DNA of 64,000 bases from Callorhinchus milii (lineage: Eukaryota), in NCBI RefSeq assembly GCF_018977255.1, contig NW_024704743.1, forward strand, positions 114,640,001 to 114,704,000, in the 5' to 3' direction. Of this stretch, positions 36,057 to 48,748 are shown piece by piece. The position numbers and the translations under genes were made by a program. The notes under the pieces are model-generated. The model saw only the letters and a program-made list of their open reading frames with translations, did no database searches and had not been told where the DNA came from. Within the stretch, counting starts at the first letter, position 1; every line of letters begins with the position of its first letter.

Positions 36057-36375
36057 GGAGTCCTGTAGCTCAGTGGTTAGAGCACTCGCTTTGCAAGCGA
36101 GAGCCCTGAGTTCAATTCCAGGCAGGACGAAACCTTGGGCAAGTTTCCTTACTCCACACGCCTAATAATAATCCCTCCACAAAACCAAAAACAATAATAA
36201 ATTGGTCATTTTCAATCTACGATTGTTTGTGGGACTTTGCTGTGCGCAATTGGCTGCCGCGTTCGCCCATAAATATACAGTCAATTCACTTTACAATGTG
36301 TTCTGTGAAGCGCTTTGGGACGTCCTCCCGACGTGAAAAGCGCTATATCAAATGCAAGGATTATTATTATTATTA
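36057..36375 (+). mobile_element. Full-length young tRNA(Ala)-derived SINE
   Basis: A box tagctcagtggttagagc, anticodon arm ctcgc-tttgcaa-gcgag, B box gagttcaattcc, Deu-like block gctgtgcgcaattggctgccgcgtt, L2-like 3' stem-loop, (TTA)5 tail. Confidence 0.95.
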
Positions 36376-37723
36376 CATAAGGAACACACTGTGGTAAACT
36401 GAAAATATTCCTTTAGACAGTAATTCTCTTGGAGAGGTTAAGCATGTTTCATGTAAAGTTAAAAGAGTCCATTGATTGATGGCTTTATTAACACAGTATT
36501 GTACGAAGTTCTAGGTACGATGGTCAAGGGCTTCTGTACAAACAAAAAAAAAACACCCTTGTGAGTGTTTAGAAGCATTTAGGAGCTACTGTTTCTGCAT
36601 CAGCCTCGAGCTCTCTAGGTTGGACAATGAAGGGCACTGAATTCCACATTTTTCTCCATGTTTTGGGCCAGGGATGTGAGAGTTGAATGATTAATTCAAT
36701 GGGAGGATTGGTCAGGACACCAGGAAAAATTATTTTCAAATAGTGTCACAAGATCTTTAATACCCACTTGAGAACAGGGAAACAGCATTTCAGTTTACTG
36801 TCTCATCCAAAGGACATCTCTTCTGACAATGCAAAAACTCCCCCAGCACTGGAGTGCCAGTCAGTGGAGTATGAGTTCAGATCATGACATGGGGCTTAAA
36901 TCTACCAAATTCTGACATGAGTGCTACTGACTGAGACCATTATTATCCTGGTTGAAATGATGCTTCAGATTGTTTCATACTCTCTGTGCCGAATACTGGT
37001 ATATTATTCAGTTATTCAGGGTGTTCCTCAGCCTTTACCAATATGTTCATAAATGTTGGGGTGCGTTATACTCTCAATCCAATACCCAAACGGCAAATAG
37101 ATGAGACTCATTGAGCCAAGATGAGCAGAGCCTGGGTCCAGAACTGTCAACAGTTTGCCAAAAAGATCAGCACTCAACCGCTTTTAATGGATGGCGATTA
37201 AATTAATTAACATGGAATTTGTTGATAAATCAAGATTCTTTAGAAATGTTTCCCTTCAATATTAAAAATAATGCATCATTTGGTTGATTGTAAATTGTAT
37301 CACAGAACAATTTTTAGCAGCTGTTAACCATATATTTTGGTGACTCAATCGATCGTCTCAGCTACTACCATATGTCACTGACTGCTTATCCAAATGAAAA
37401 ACACAACTGTTTGTTTGAAGAACAAGCCTTCATTATGTGAGAATAGATGGGTCTTTGGCTGAAGTAGCACGTTTGCTGAAAAAAAACATTTTGTGTGTTG
37501 TATGGTCTTCTGCCTACAACAAATTAGGTTTGGTCTCTCATTGACAGCATGCCTTTAAAACTAATAAATATTGGCCACTTGTATACAGTACACATACAGA
37601 GTACAAATTAATACCTACAAAATGTAAAGAAAATTAATTACTATCCATGGCATTGCATTTGGTTAAAAACAGTAGCCATGTGAGTATAATCTACCTTTGA
37701 CTGGCCTCCAAACACAGCTGTCA

Positions 37724-37909
<186 letters not shown>

Positions 37910-39163
37910 CTAAGTGAAGGAATAATAACATCAACAACTTGCATTTATATATCACTCTTCACATAGAGTAATGTCTCTTACAGAGAGTAAAGAGGGTGGG
38001 GGGAAGGAGAAAAGTGTTCAAACATGTTTATAAGTTTTTTGAAGACAGATAGAGGAGGGTTGAGATGGAGGAGTAGAGGAAGGGAGTTCCAGAGGGTGAG
38101 GGCATGGTGGCTGAAAGACACAGATGAGGGTTTGAATTAAGGCGTCTATTTAACTGTGGTCTCCTGAATATAAATCAGTCACCAGTTTAATTTATTTAGC
38201 AACACTCTGACAACTGAAAGCAATTTCAATGAATAAGTGGGATAGACACTGATTTGGTACAAGCCTTTATCCTTTATTATTTATGCTTCATTTGTGATTT
38301 TACATTTTGCTCTTCTTTTTGGATTTCCACATGTGTCAGATTTTCAGGTGGTCTTACACTACATACCATTCAACTACTTAGGAGGAAGACAAACAGCCTC
38401 TCCCCAAGCCTCTGCCAAAGTTACTCTTGCAATAGCTTTCAAGAGGCTTTCTGAGAATGACCTTCAGAAGGCTTGTCCCCAATGTTCATTTCCTTTATGT
38501 AAGGGAAACTTGTTCCCTACTTGCCCCATCTTCTGAGATTCAAAGCAGTCAGTGCAACAACAACAACAATAACAAAATTACATTTGTTTAGCGCCTTTCA
38601 CGTTGGGAGGTCATCCAGTGCAGCCAACAAACTGGATCTCCAAAGACTTCTTTCATCTTAAAATGAGATTTTACAATAAAAATGGGAAGAGCAAATTGGT
38701 GTAATTACTGATACTTTAGCCTTCAAGAACTGTCCACATTTGTCAGGTTGGCTCAGTTTGCTTCTGAGTCAGGAGGTTGTGGGTTCAAGTCCCATACGGC
38801 ATGTGATGTGATAATCATCGCTTTGCATATTGCATGTCCTCCGTCATCCAACACTCACAGTACAGCCCTTCACTGCATTTAGCAGAATAACAGCAGGTAT
38901 TGTGATTTGAGAATAATCTGGGTCACAGCACATATAAAAATGATAGAACAAATCAACAGACTAAAATTTTAAAAATCTCTCAGTTTTTAAAAAATATTTT
39001 TGAATTAGTCAGGCCATTTTTCCACTGAATACTCATGGGTTGTGCGGTCTTATACTGCACTAGCGCTTTCAATGAAAAACAATCCTTTTGCGCCATCCTA
39101 AGTGACTTAAAGTGATAATCCTTCAGATATTAAACCTGAGCTGTAACATGACACATGACTTAC

Positions 39164-39312
39164 TCTCGTGGCTTCGTGTTCACAAGAACCCTCAGAGGCC
39201 TTTTGCTATTGAAGCACTGCTGCAGGAAACACTCCACTTCCTGAAAGGGTCGTAGGAAAACCAGGTCTCCATTGATAGCAAAAATCTTTTTCCCGACCTC
39301 CAGACCTGCCAT
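39164..39312 (-). CDS. PREX2: PREX2 coding exon (~18), PDZ1: [49 protein letters not shown](E)
   Basis: ttgcccag| ... |gtaagt; 149 nt. Confidence 0.96.
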
Positions 39313-40768
39313 CTGGGCAAAATCACAGAAGCTTTAATGCACAGAGGTCGTATTTGTCAGAAACAATTGTTACTGAATAAGCGAAAGATTAGTGCTCAAC
39401 TTTTAAAGCCTTCAAAAGAAGTGTAACTTTCTATAAGTAAAGACATTAATTTTATCCTACATATTGGCTCTAAAGTGCACCAATAGGCATCTAGTGATCT
39501 TTTCTACTAATATTTCAGGAATTTTTAAATTTTATTCAGGAAAGTTTGCTATTTTTAGCATTCTGCGCACCATTGTTTACATATTTTCTTCACAATGCAC
39601 ACAAAACATTCTTGTCTAGTTTGAACTTTCCATTATAACTTAAAAAACACTTACAGTTAAGAAGTCGTTCTTGCGACAATTTATTTTTCTCAGAACTACT
39701 GGTGCTTATTTTGGTCCTGTAACATCATTTTTTAAACTCTCTAAACAATGCGTGTGGTTTCTGCCTTCCTGACTCGAAACTCAACCACCGCTGCTGACAA
39801 CAAAAAATTACATTTATATAGCGCCTTCCACGTAGGAAGGACATCCCAAGGTGCTGGAACCCCATCCCACACACTATACTCTGCAGAGGGTGTTCAGAAG
39901 ATCTGCTTTTCGCTTGCTCCCAGACCACTCTATAACTGGGAACTGTAGGGCTGGTGAGATAAGCCCATTGTCGTTCACTCTCCTTCCAATTTCCTCTTTG
40001 AGAGCAAAGAAAATTGATCCCTGCTGGGTACATCTCCACAGTGCTCGAGATTGGCAACAAGTCAGCAGGGAATCAATCACAAACCCATGTACCAACAGGA
40101 CAATGGAGCTTCAACATGCTGTATTCCCATTCTGTCCAGCCATATAAGCTTTAGATTAACAGCATTCTCATCAAAATAAACATTTACTGAAGGGTCTATT
40201 ACCATCGCCGATATTGTTTGTTTAACTGAGCATAGGTCTGGGTGTACAGCAGGGCTCTGATACCCTATCCTGCGTGGCAGTCGTATATCAATGCAAGCTG
40301 TTGTTATTTTGTTTGGACATATGAAACAAGCTCAGGTTCCTTGGTTCACACTCGTCACTAATGATTTCGGCTTTAAATATTGATATCATCCTCCTACCCC
40401 TCTCACCTCTCCTGATCCCAACCATCAACTCAGGCGTGGATCCCTGACTGTCCAGCACCTTGGGATGTCTATCTGATGTGAAAGGCGCTAGATAAATGTA
40501 ATTTGTTGTTCTTGTGCAATCCCTCAAATAAAATTAGTCAATCGCTTCAAGGCTGTTTGTGGGGCATTTCTGTGCCCAAATCGGCTGCTGCATTTATCTT
40601 CAAAACTTCACAGGCACTAACATTTCACAGTGAATCCTGTGAAGCTCACTGAGAGTCCTTGCATCAAAGGCATTATGTATATATGTATATATATATAATA
40701 TATGTATCAAATGGAAGGATTATCATTATTAACATGAAAAAAAGAGATGGGGAATGAGTGAAGTTTAT

Positions 40769-41136
40769 AACAATAATCCTTGCATTTGATATAGTGCCTT
40801 ATCACGTTTTCGAGACTTATCAAAGCACTTCACAGAATACACTGTAAAGTTAATTGACTGTACATTTTGTGGCCAAAACGCTGCAGCCGATTGCACATAG
40901 CAGTGCCCACAAATAGTTGGGGATTGAGTGACCACACTTTTTTTGGATTGTTTTTTTTAAGGGATCATTACCCCCGGAAAAGCATCTGCCCATCGACTAA
41001 CAACAGGGTTCCTTACTGCTAGGTGAACAGAGGAGTGTGGAGTAAGGAAACTTCCCTAACGCTTCACCCTGGCCGGGAATTGAACCCAGGTCCTCTCTTT
41101 TGTGAGGCAAGTGCTTTAACCAATATGCTACAGGAT
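40769..41136 (-). mobile_element. Full-length SINE, long subtype
   Basis: Colinear with 21392-21732. Confidence 0.9.
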
Positions 41137-42373
41137 TACATCACCTAAAAAGATATAACACTTGCAGTGACACTATGTCAATAATTCCTCCATCAATCAT
41201 TGATGACTGGCTCATCCTGAACTATACGGAGGATAAGCAAATGATGAATAGAGCAATTACAGGGCAATAACCTTACCTTGGGGATCGGATATCATCGTAT
41301 ACCAAATTTAAAGTGCTCTATGACCATTATTTGAACCCTAAATTGAGGTTATGAAATTAGAGTATTAAATTACTCCAGCAGTTATTATTTTAAGAGATAC
41401 AGAACCCTGTGAAGATCATGAACTTTGTTTTAATCAGTTAAGAATAGTGACTGGCAGTAACTGTCATGGCAGATATCAATTGCCAGTGCCTTCAATGTGT
41501 GTTGACACTGATACTCAAGAAATAGAGACTGTAATTTAATCACAACCACATGTAATCTCTTCAAGTCAGTTTATCGAATCACAGCAAGTGGGGATAGGGA
41601 AATAATACACAGTGCACTCAAACCCCAGCTAACTAATATTTTAAACAATTCCATGAGCCAAAAATCCACCCCTTGTATAAGATAATTCCAAACTCCCCAC
41701 CAGACCAACTCTCCCAGTCGGAAGAGAGAACAGAGTCTAAACCAAAAAGAATTAAATAAAACATTGGGGTCAACCTTACCTGAGCGTAACACTGTACTGT
41801 ATACTCACTGTTATGCAGTGACACTCACCTCAGTCACTGATTTTGCAGAGGGCATCAACACAGCTGCATTGCATCAGTGGCGAGTACAGAACTATACAAT
41901 TTTTGGGGGGTTGTCTATTTGATTTATTGATTAGAAATTCATTTTTATTCATTTTAAACATTAGGGAGGATTTTATTCTTTGAGTTTATTTATTTTAAAT
42001 GGTAGGCAGGATTTTCAGGGGGTATTTTATTTTATATTATTTATTTTAAATGTATTGACATTCAGCCGTAAAATCCAGCGAGCCGGACCGGATCTCTCCC
42101 CCCCTATTAGTCCGGTTAGCTTATCTCTGTGACTTCCTGCAACCCTATCGACCTGACCACTCCCTCCACTCAGTGAACGCTGACTTGCTTCATTTTCCCT
42201 TGCTGATAGCGTCCACTCATGGTGGATGAACTTTCAGTCATTCTGGCCCTGAGTGTATACTGTATAAAACTAGAACAACAACAACTTGTATTTATACAGT
42301 GCTCTTCACCCCAGGAGAGCATCTCAGGACGCTGGGCAGCATCAGAATTGAACCTTGCCTGAACAACTAAAGC

Positions 42374-43200
42374 AACAACAACAACAAGATTTCATTTATA
42401 GAGTGCCTTTCACGTCGGGAGGACGTCCCAAGGCGCTGGACAGTTGGGTCGGGACCCAAGCAGGGAGGAAATGGTCAGGGTGAGGGGAGGGAAGGGAGGG
42501 AGCGAGGAGGGGGTAGAGAGTCGAGAGAGGAGCTGAATGCACGGTCAGAGAGAAAGGTCTTGAGACCGGCCTTGAAGGAGGAAAGGGAGGAAGCGGCGAA
42601 GGCACTGGGGGATAGAGTTCCAGAGCCTAGGGGCTGAGAGGCTAAAGGCCCGGCCACCGATGGTAGGGCGGTTGGAGCGGGGGATGTGGAGCAGACCGGA
42701 GCCAGAGGAACGGAGGATATGGGCAGGTAAGTAGGGGGATAGTAGGTCGGAGAGGTAGGAGGGAGCAACGCCATGAATGGCCTTGTAGGTGAGGATGAGG
42801 ATCTTGAATTCGATCCTCTGGGGGATGGGGAGCCAGTGGAGGCGAGCGAGGGTGGGAGTGATGTGGTCGTGAAGCCTGGTGCGGGACAGTACACGAGCTG
42901 CAGAGTTCTGAATGACCTGCAGCTTGTGGAGGGAGGTGCTGGGAAGGCCGGCGAGGAGAGAGTTCCCATAGTCCAGCCTTGAGGTGATAAAGGCGTGGAC
43001 CAGTGTTTCAGCAGCGTGAGGGGTGAGGTAGTGCCGCAGTCTGGCGATGTTCCGGAGGTGGTGGAAGGCGTTGCCAGTTGTGGTGCGGATGTGGGGAAGA
43101 AAGGACAGCTCAGGGTCGAACAGAACACTGAGGTTCCTGACTGGCTTTGAGAGGTGGAGAGTGCAGCCTTGGATGCTGATGCTGTATCCAATATAGCTGA
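42374..43200 (-). mobile_element. Young L2 LINE, 5'-truncated (about 0.8 kb): ORF2 C-terminus, 3' UTR and (TTG)n tail
   Basis: ORF 42545..43213: VRNLSVLFDPELSF..HLRNIARLR..LVHAFITSRLDYGNSLL..LQVIQNSAAR..LHWLPI..PRLWNS is a classic L2 sequence; a 2-nt deletion near 42595 relative to the 58381 copy shifts the frame. Confidence 0.96.
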
Positions 43201-43705
43201 TGCTATATTGCAATTAAAGAAGTAGGCTTTAAAACTGGGGTGTGAGGAGATCGACGTGGGGGGTTCAGAAAGCAAGGCCAGAATGACCAAATGTTTATCC
43301 ATCATTAGGGGGGTATCAGCCAGGGACACAGCAGAGGTCAGTGTTCACTGAGTGGAGGGAGTGGCCAGGTCGGTAGGGTTGCAGGAGGTCACAGAGGTAG
43401 GGTGGGGCGAGGCCATGGAGTAATTTGAATATGATGCCAAGAATTTGATCCGGTGGGGGATCGGGAGATGGTGAAGCCAAGTGAGGATGGGGAGATTGGG
43501 CCCTGGTCCAGGAGAGGATGTGGGCTGAAGGGTCAGAACAGAAATGCTAATAAATGAAACAAACCTAGACCAGGATTTTCTCCCCATCTTTCTCCCTGAA
43601 ACTGAATAATTTCTCACTTACTTAACACAATTGTGGTCATTCAGAATGCTTCACAATATAACCCAAAATGAATTCAATGAAACACTTGCTAAACCTAAAC
43701 CTTAC

Positions 43706-43798
43706 CTCAGTATAAGATCCCTTCTCCACAGACTTCACAATAGGTACCTTGTTCCTCTCCTCAAGTGCAAAACCATAGCTGCCCTCATGAGCTTTAAT
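43706..43798 (-). CDS. PREX2: PREX2 coding exon (~17), PDZ1: IKAHEGSYGFALEERNKVPIVKSVEKGSYTE
   Basis: ctgcag| ... |gtaagg; 93 nt; YGF carboxylate-binding loop. Confidence 0.96.
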
Positions 43799-45634
43799 CT
43801 GCAGGCAAGAAGAGGATATAGTCACAATACAACACCAATTTACATTTATATACCGCCTTTCATGACGGGAGACACCCCAAAACACTTAACAGTCTTAACT
43901 TGGAACCTGAGCTGGGGGAGGGAACTGAGTGTAGAGGGATGCGGAGGGTAGAGGGAAAGATGACTGAAGGCCAATGAGGAAGGTCTTGAGATTTTAATTC
44001 AATGTTAAGGCTACAGCTCAAGCAACATATATTTAATTTAATCATCTGTATAATGTAATGTTCTTTCTTAAGAAAATATAGGAGAGGAAAAATGCAATAA
44101 TAAAAATTCAGGCACTCCCTTGGTCCCTAGCCCTGTGGTATCCAGACTCTCAGCTTGGGTGCAAACCCTTGATTGTCCAGTGACTTAGGATATCTTTTCA
44201 AAGTGAAAGGTGCTATTTAAATGCAATTTGTTTGTGCTGTTTTTGTGATAATCATGACCAAAAATTCAGGTCCAAAACCATCTTTAAATGATCGACTGGT
44301 TTTGATGCGAACGCTCAAACACCTGTGATAATTAGCACAGCACACACTGCATTTTGTTGCTATATAGAGATTATTAAAATAATCAGCCGTGCAAACCACT
44401 GAATTTGCCCACCAGATCTCTATTTAATTTCCATTTAAGTCTAAAGTGTATTGATATCAATATCGCTGCTGAGCTTACGAGAAAAACATAACAAGATTAT
44501 CGTCGATCCTGCACATTAGTAATATATTTTTGTCTCCTCATATGAGCAATTCTCTCACTCTATGTACAGCCATAATTCCACTTAACCCCAATAAAAGGCT
44601 CAGATTTCAATAAAACCCCAACTCCATACTAACAAATAGTCCAATCGTAAGGAAAACATCAGGGGTGGATTTGTGTACTCATAAAAATTCAGCAGGTTAT
44701 TGTGTGGGTGTTTTACTGCATTTCCGCAAACCCTCTCATATTCACATCTCACTTGCTTCTCTCATAGTAAATGTTTAGACAAGTTTCCAGGATCTCAGCA
44801 AGGTGAAGTCTTTCCTGAATACATCCTTTTAGATGATCCTGAATACATCCTCTTGCTGCTTTCAGAAAGCGCCCCAATGTGCACCATACGCATACAAACG
44901 TTTACCGTACATACATTTTGGGACACTCTTCGGTTACATCTCAAGGGTCCTTCTGTACCCTTACATTTATTTCAGTCAGTGTTTATATTCCAGATGAGTC
45001 TCCACCTACTCATTACTCCCTCTCGACCCTTCTATTCCCTTCTTCCTCATGTGTTTGTATATCTCGCTTCCTCTTCAATGCATTAAAATGCCCAATAAAA
45101 AGCGAGGGAAATTAAAAAGGTAACGGTGATGGGAATTGGGATCCGGAATCAAAATCTTTGGAATTTGTGCTCAACTCATATGGGATGGGAATTACTAGGA
45201 GCTTTCTGAAATCAATCCTTTGAAAATTTCTGAGCCACTGAACAATGGAAAACATAACAATAAAAATAATCCTTGCATTGGTACAGCGCTTTATCATGCT
45301 GTTGAGACGTCTCAGAACACTTCACAGGATGTACTGTAGACCAGTGACTGTTTTTTAGGCAAACACAGCAACCGAGTTGCACACAGCAACATCCAACAAA
45401 CAACCATGAAGTAAATGACTGGGGGATTGTTGGCTAGGACACACAGCCTTTCCAGCTGGCTTTTCAGACACAGATGCATTTTAGATCTATTCCTTCTGAA
45501 ATGATTCAAAAGTGTTTAGATTAAGATTGAGCTTGATGCTGAAGTCATGGGAGAGTGCAATATTTCCAAATACTTTGAGGTTTATTTACTGTTGAAAAAA
45601 TTCTAGTCAGAACTTCACCAATGACTCGGGTGCA

Positions 45635-45905
45635 ATTGAGTCCCTGTGCAATTGAGCCATTCAGAGAGAGGAAGGTCCCAGGTTTGTGTATTGGCCTTTG
45701 CTGAGTTACCTGAACTCGGTTGGCACAATGGCAGAAGAGTACAGCCATAGCCCTCAGTGCTCTGTCAGAAAGGTTAAAAAACAGCTTTGTCCCTGGTTAT
45801 CATTCGGGGAAGTGTATTTGCCTGTTGCTAAGGTCAGCTGCAATGCCCACCAGTCATCTCCCAATACTCATTATCCAGCCAGCAACACTTTGGTGGTATC
45901 CTGTA
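45635..45905 (+). mobile_element. LF-SINE-like element
   Basis: gagccattcagagagaggaaggtcccaggtttg..tggcctttgctgagttacctgaactc versus recalled gagccatatagaccaggaaggtcccaggttcgatccctggtctgtgctgagttagctgatctc. Confidence 0.6.
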
Positions 45906-47144
45906 CTCTCCTGCTATTCTGATATTCATTAGCATGTAGCTTTTGCCAAGTCTGAAAATTCAGGGAATAACGGTACAACTTGCATTTTTATTGTGTCTTA
46001 TTATTAAACTCTGAGATGCTATCCACATGAACAACGCTATATAAATGAAAGTTGGTGTTGTATCACATCGAAAGGTTTCAAAGTGCTTCATGTGCACAAA
46101 GACACTGACATTATTACAGAATATCTCCAAATCTAAGGGAACTGCTGAGTTTAATTGAGAAGAAATGTTTTAAAGATGCCCTTTGTAGAGGAATTGTGGA
46201 AAATTACATTTTTCCACATGTACAAAACGATCCCCTCCCCACCCCATCCCTGAACTATAATGTCAGACATGAATGATCTTTGAGCACAACAAAGAGCTCA
46301 CAATTTCAAACAACATCTGAATGTGAATTAACTCTGCTTTTAATCATCTAAGTACAAGGCAAGGTGACCGCAAATGTCTGATTCCATCTGTGGAATCATT
46401 TGTTTTCTTTTTTGTTGTAATGGAAAGGATTCAACGGCTTAAGTTTATGGCAGGCGAAGAGAATACAAGAGAGTGAGAGAGAAAATGATTCAGGACAATG
46501 TTTCTAATCACATGACCGGTGAATCCTCCGCACATGTGCCAGAAAGCTGGCCATCTTCCTGTGCTGAAACACTGCCAACCTTGTGGGGTCATTGCTAATG
46601 TCACGTCCTGTTCACTATGGTGCAGATGAAAAATTTGTGTCATTTTTACAGTGCATATGTCATTCGGTGCTGCACTACCTTTGAAAATGCATCATAGGCA
46701 ATTTGGTTAATTGGTTCACCCATCCTCTGAATGAGAGGCTTCCCCAAAGAAATTAAAAGATCCACCATCTGTGTGTTACTCTCTGTGATCCTCTCGCCCC
46801 ACTCCACACCCCTGCCTGTGCATTACATGCCTCTGTTTGGTTAGCTTTGGTGAACTGAGTAAGGAAACTTAGTGCTATAAATCTATCAACATTCAGTTTG
46901 TACAAATTAGAAGGAAGCAAAATTGAAAGAAAATCCACTTAAGTCACCCACAAAATATACAGTCAATTTGCTTTACATTATAATCTGTGAAGCGCTTTGA
47001 GATAAGGCGCTGTATAAAATGCAAGGATTATCATCTCAAAATTTGTCTCTATTATTCCAGGTGCCACTGAAGATTTAGTGGCAAAGATGAAAAAATAATT
47101 TCAGCAGCAGGATTTGTACAATATGTTAAACAGGAATATTGCAA

Positions 47145-47510
47145 TTAGAACCATAGACATTTACAGCAAAGGAGAAGGCCACTCAGCCTATCATGTATGT
47201 ACTGGCTCTTTTAAGAGCAATTACTTCAATCCCATTTACCTGACCTTTCCCCACACCCCTGTATTTTACTGCTTTTTAGGGATTTATCTTGTTCCCTTTT
47301 GGAAGCTCGTACCTCAAACACTGATCTGCAACACATTCCATATCCTAACTACTTCATGTGAAAAAGAAGTCTCATAACCTCCCCCATTTGCTCGTTTGCT
47401 AACTATCTTAAATTGATGCCCTCCAGTCACTGACTCACCAAAAAAGTAGAAATAATTTCTCCCTATAAATATGTCTATCAGGTCATCTCTCAACCTTCTT
47501 TGTTCCAATT
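47145..47510 (-). mobile_element. CR1 3' fragment (decayed)
   Basis: LEQRRLRDDLI..TGGHQFKI..FSHEVVRIWN. Confidence 0.8.
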
Positions 47511-47963
47511 ACTACAAGCTTGTCATCAAATAGACTTCTGCCTCCGTTTCATTATAATATTGATGAACCTCAGCTGTCAGACTATGGATCTTTTGCCTGA
47601 GGACAACTTTTTCAGATATCAAACTCATACTGGCATTGCTTTCAGTAAATGTATTAATGCTTTCATCTAACACACGTGTTAGATGTTGAAATGCAGCCAA
47701 GGCATATTCACCTTCCAGTACTATACAGCACTCCTACCATTCAAGGGAGATATTTAAGAACATAACACAGTGTTCTCAAATTCCTGTCATATATTTGAAA
47801 CTTATATTTTCAAATAGCCTCGTGCTACCTCTATTTGTATTGGTCTATTAGTAATTCAGCCTGGCTCAGTTGGTAGCCAGCTTGCCTCTCTAAGTCAGAA
47901 GATTACGTGTTCAAGCCCCATATCAGTAATTTAAGATCACAGCTTAGGATGAAACTCCAATGC

Positions 47964-48288
47964 AATAATAATAATAATATAATCCTTGCATTTGATATAG
48001 CACTTTTTACATCTTCTAGACCTCTCAAAGCGCTTCACAGAACACACTGTAAAGTGAATTGACCGTACATTTGTGGGCGAAACGTGGCAGCCAATTGCAC
48101 ACAGCAGTGTCCCACAAACAGTCGTGGATTGAAAATGACCAATTTATTATTGCTTTGTTTTTATTATTATTTTGTTATTAATAGTTTAAAATAATAATAA
48201 TCTTTGCATTTGATATAGCGCCTTATCACGTCTTTGAGATGTCTCAAAGCGCCACAGAATATACTGTAAAGTGAATTGACTGTTTATT
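47964..48288 (-). mobile_element. Two tandem 5'-truncated young SINEs (47964-48170 and 48190-48288)
   Basis: Two aataataat(c/t)ttgcatttgatatag tails. Confidence 0.9.
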
Positions 48289-48389
48289 TTATATATATTG
48301 TATATTTTATATATATTTTATATATACAATGCTGAGGGAGCTCTAATTGTCAGAGGTGTAGTCCATCAAACATTAAATAAAACATTAAA

Positions 48390-48748
48390 TTATGAGGGTT
48401 TTTTATAAGAGTAGATAGGGAGAAACTGTTTCCACTGGCAGGTCAGTCAGTGACCAGTGGCAGTAGATCCAAAATAATTGGCAAAAGAACCAGAGGGGAG
48501 ATGGAGAGAATTTTTTTTACACAGAGAGTTGTTACGGTCTGGAATGCACTGCCTGAAAGGGTGGTGGAAACAGATGCAATAACAACTTTCAAAAGGGAAT
48601 TGGATAGGTACTTGAAGAGGAAACATTTGCAAGGATATGGAGAAAGAGCTGATTGGGACTGATTGGGTAGCTCTTCCAAAGAGCACAAATGGGCCAAATG
48701 GTTTCTGTAATGTGTGCTGTAATATTCTATAATTCTATGATTCTATGA
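48390..48748 (+). mobile_element. CR1 3' fragment
   Basis: FFTQRVVTVWNALPERVVE..FKRELDRYL; tail ttctataattctatgattctatga. Confidence 0.92.

Noticed and set aside
36057..36130. Genuine tRNA-Ala gene
   Set aside because: It continues directly into the SINE body with no poly-T terminator, and many diverged copies exist in the window.
42005..42080. Tiny MITE with GC(A/T)GGATTTT inverted ends
   Set aside because: Only 9/10 match, low-complexity interior and no TSD.
42475..43329. 284-aa and 222-aa ORFs as novel genes
   Set aside because: They are the coding and shadow frames of a truncated L2 ORF2.
44813..44851. 15-bp direct repeat tcctgaatacatcct (and short tandem duplications at about 51425-51477)
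   Set aside because: Ordinary local slippage duplications with no other supporting structure.
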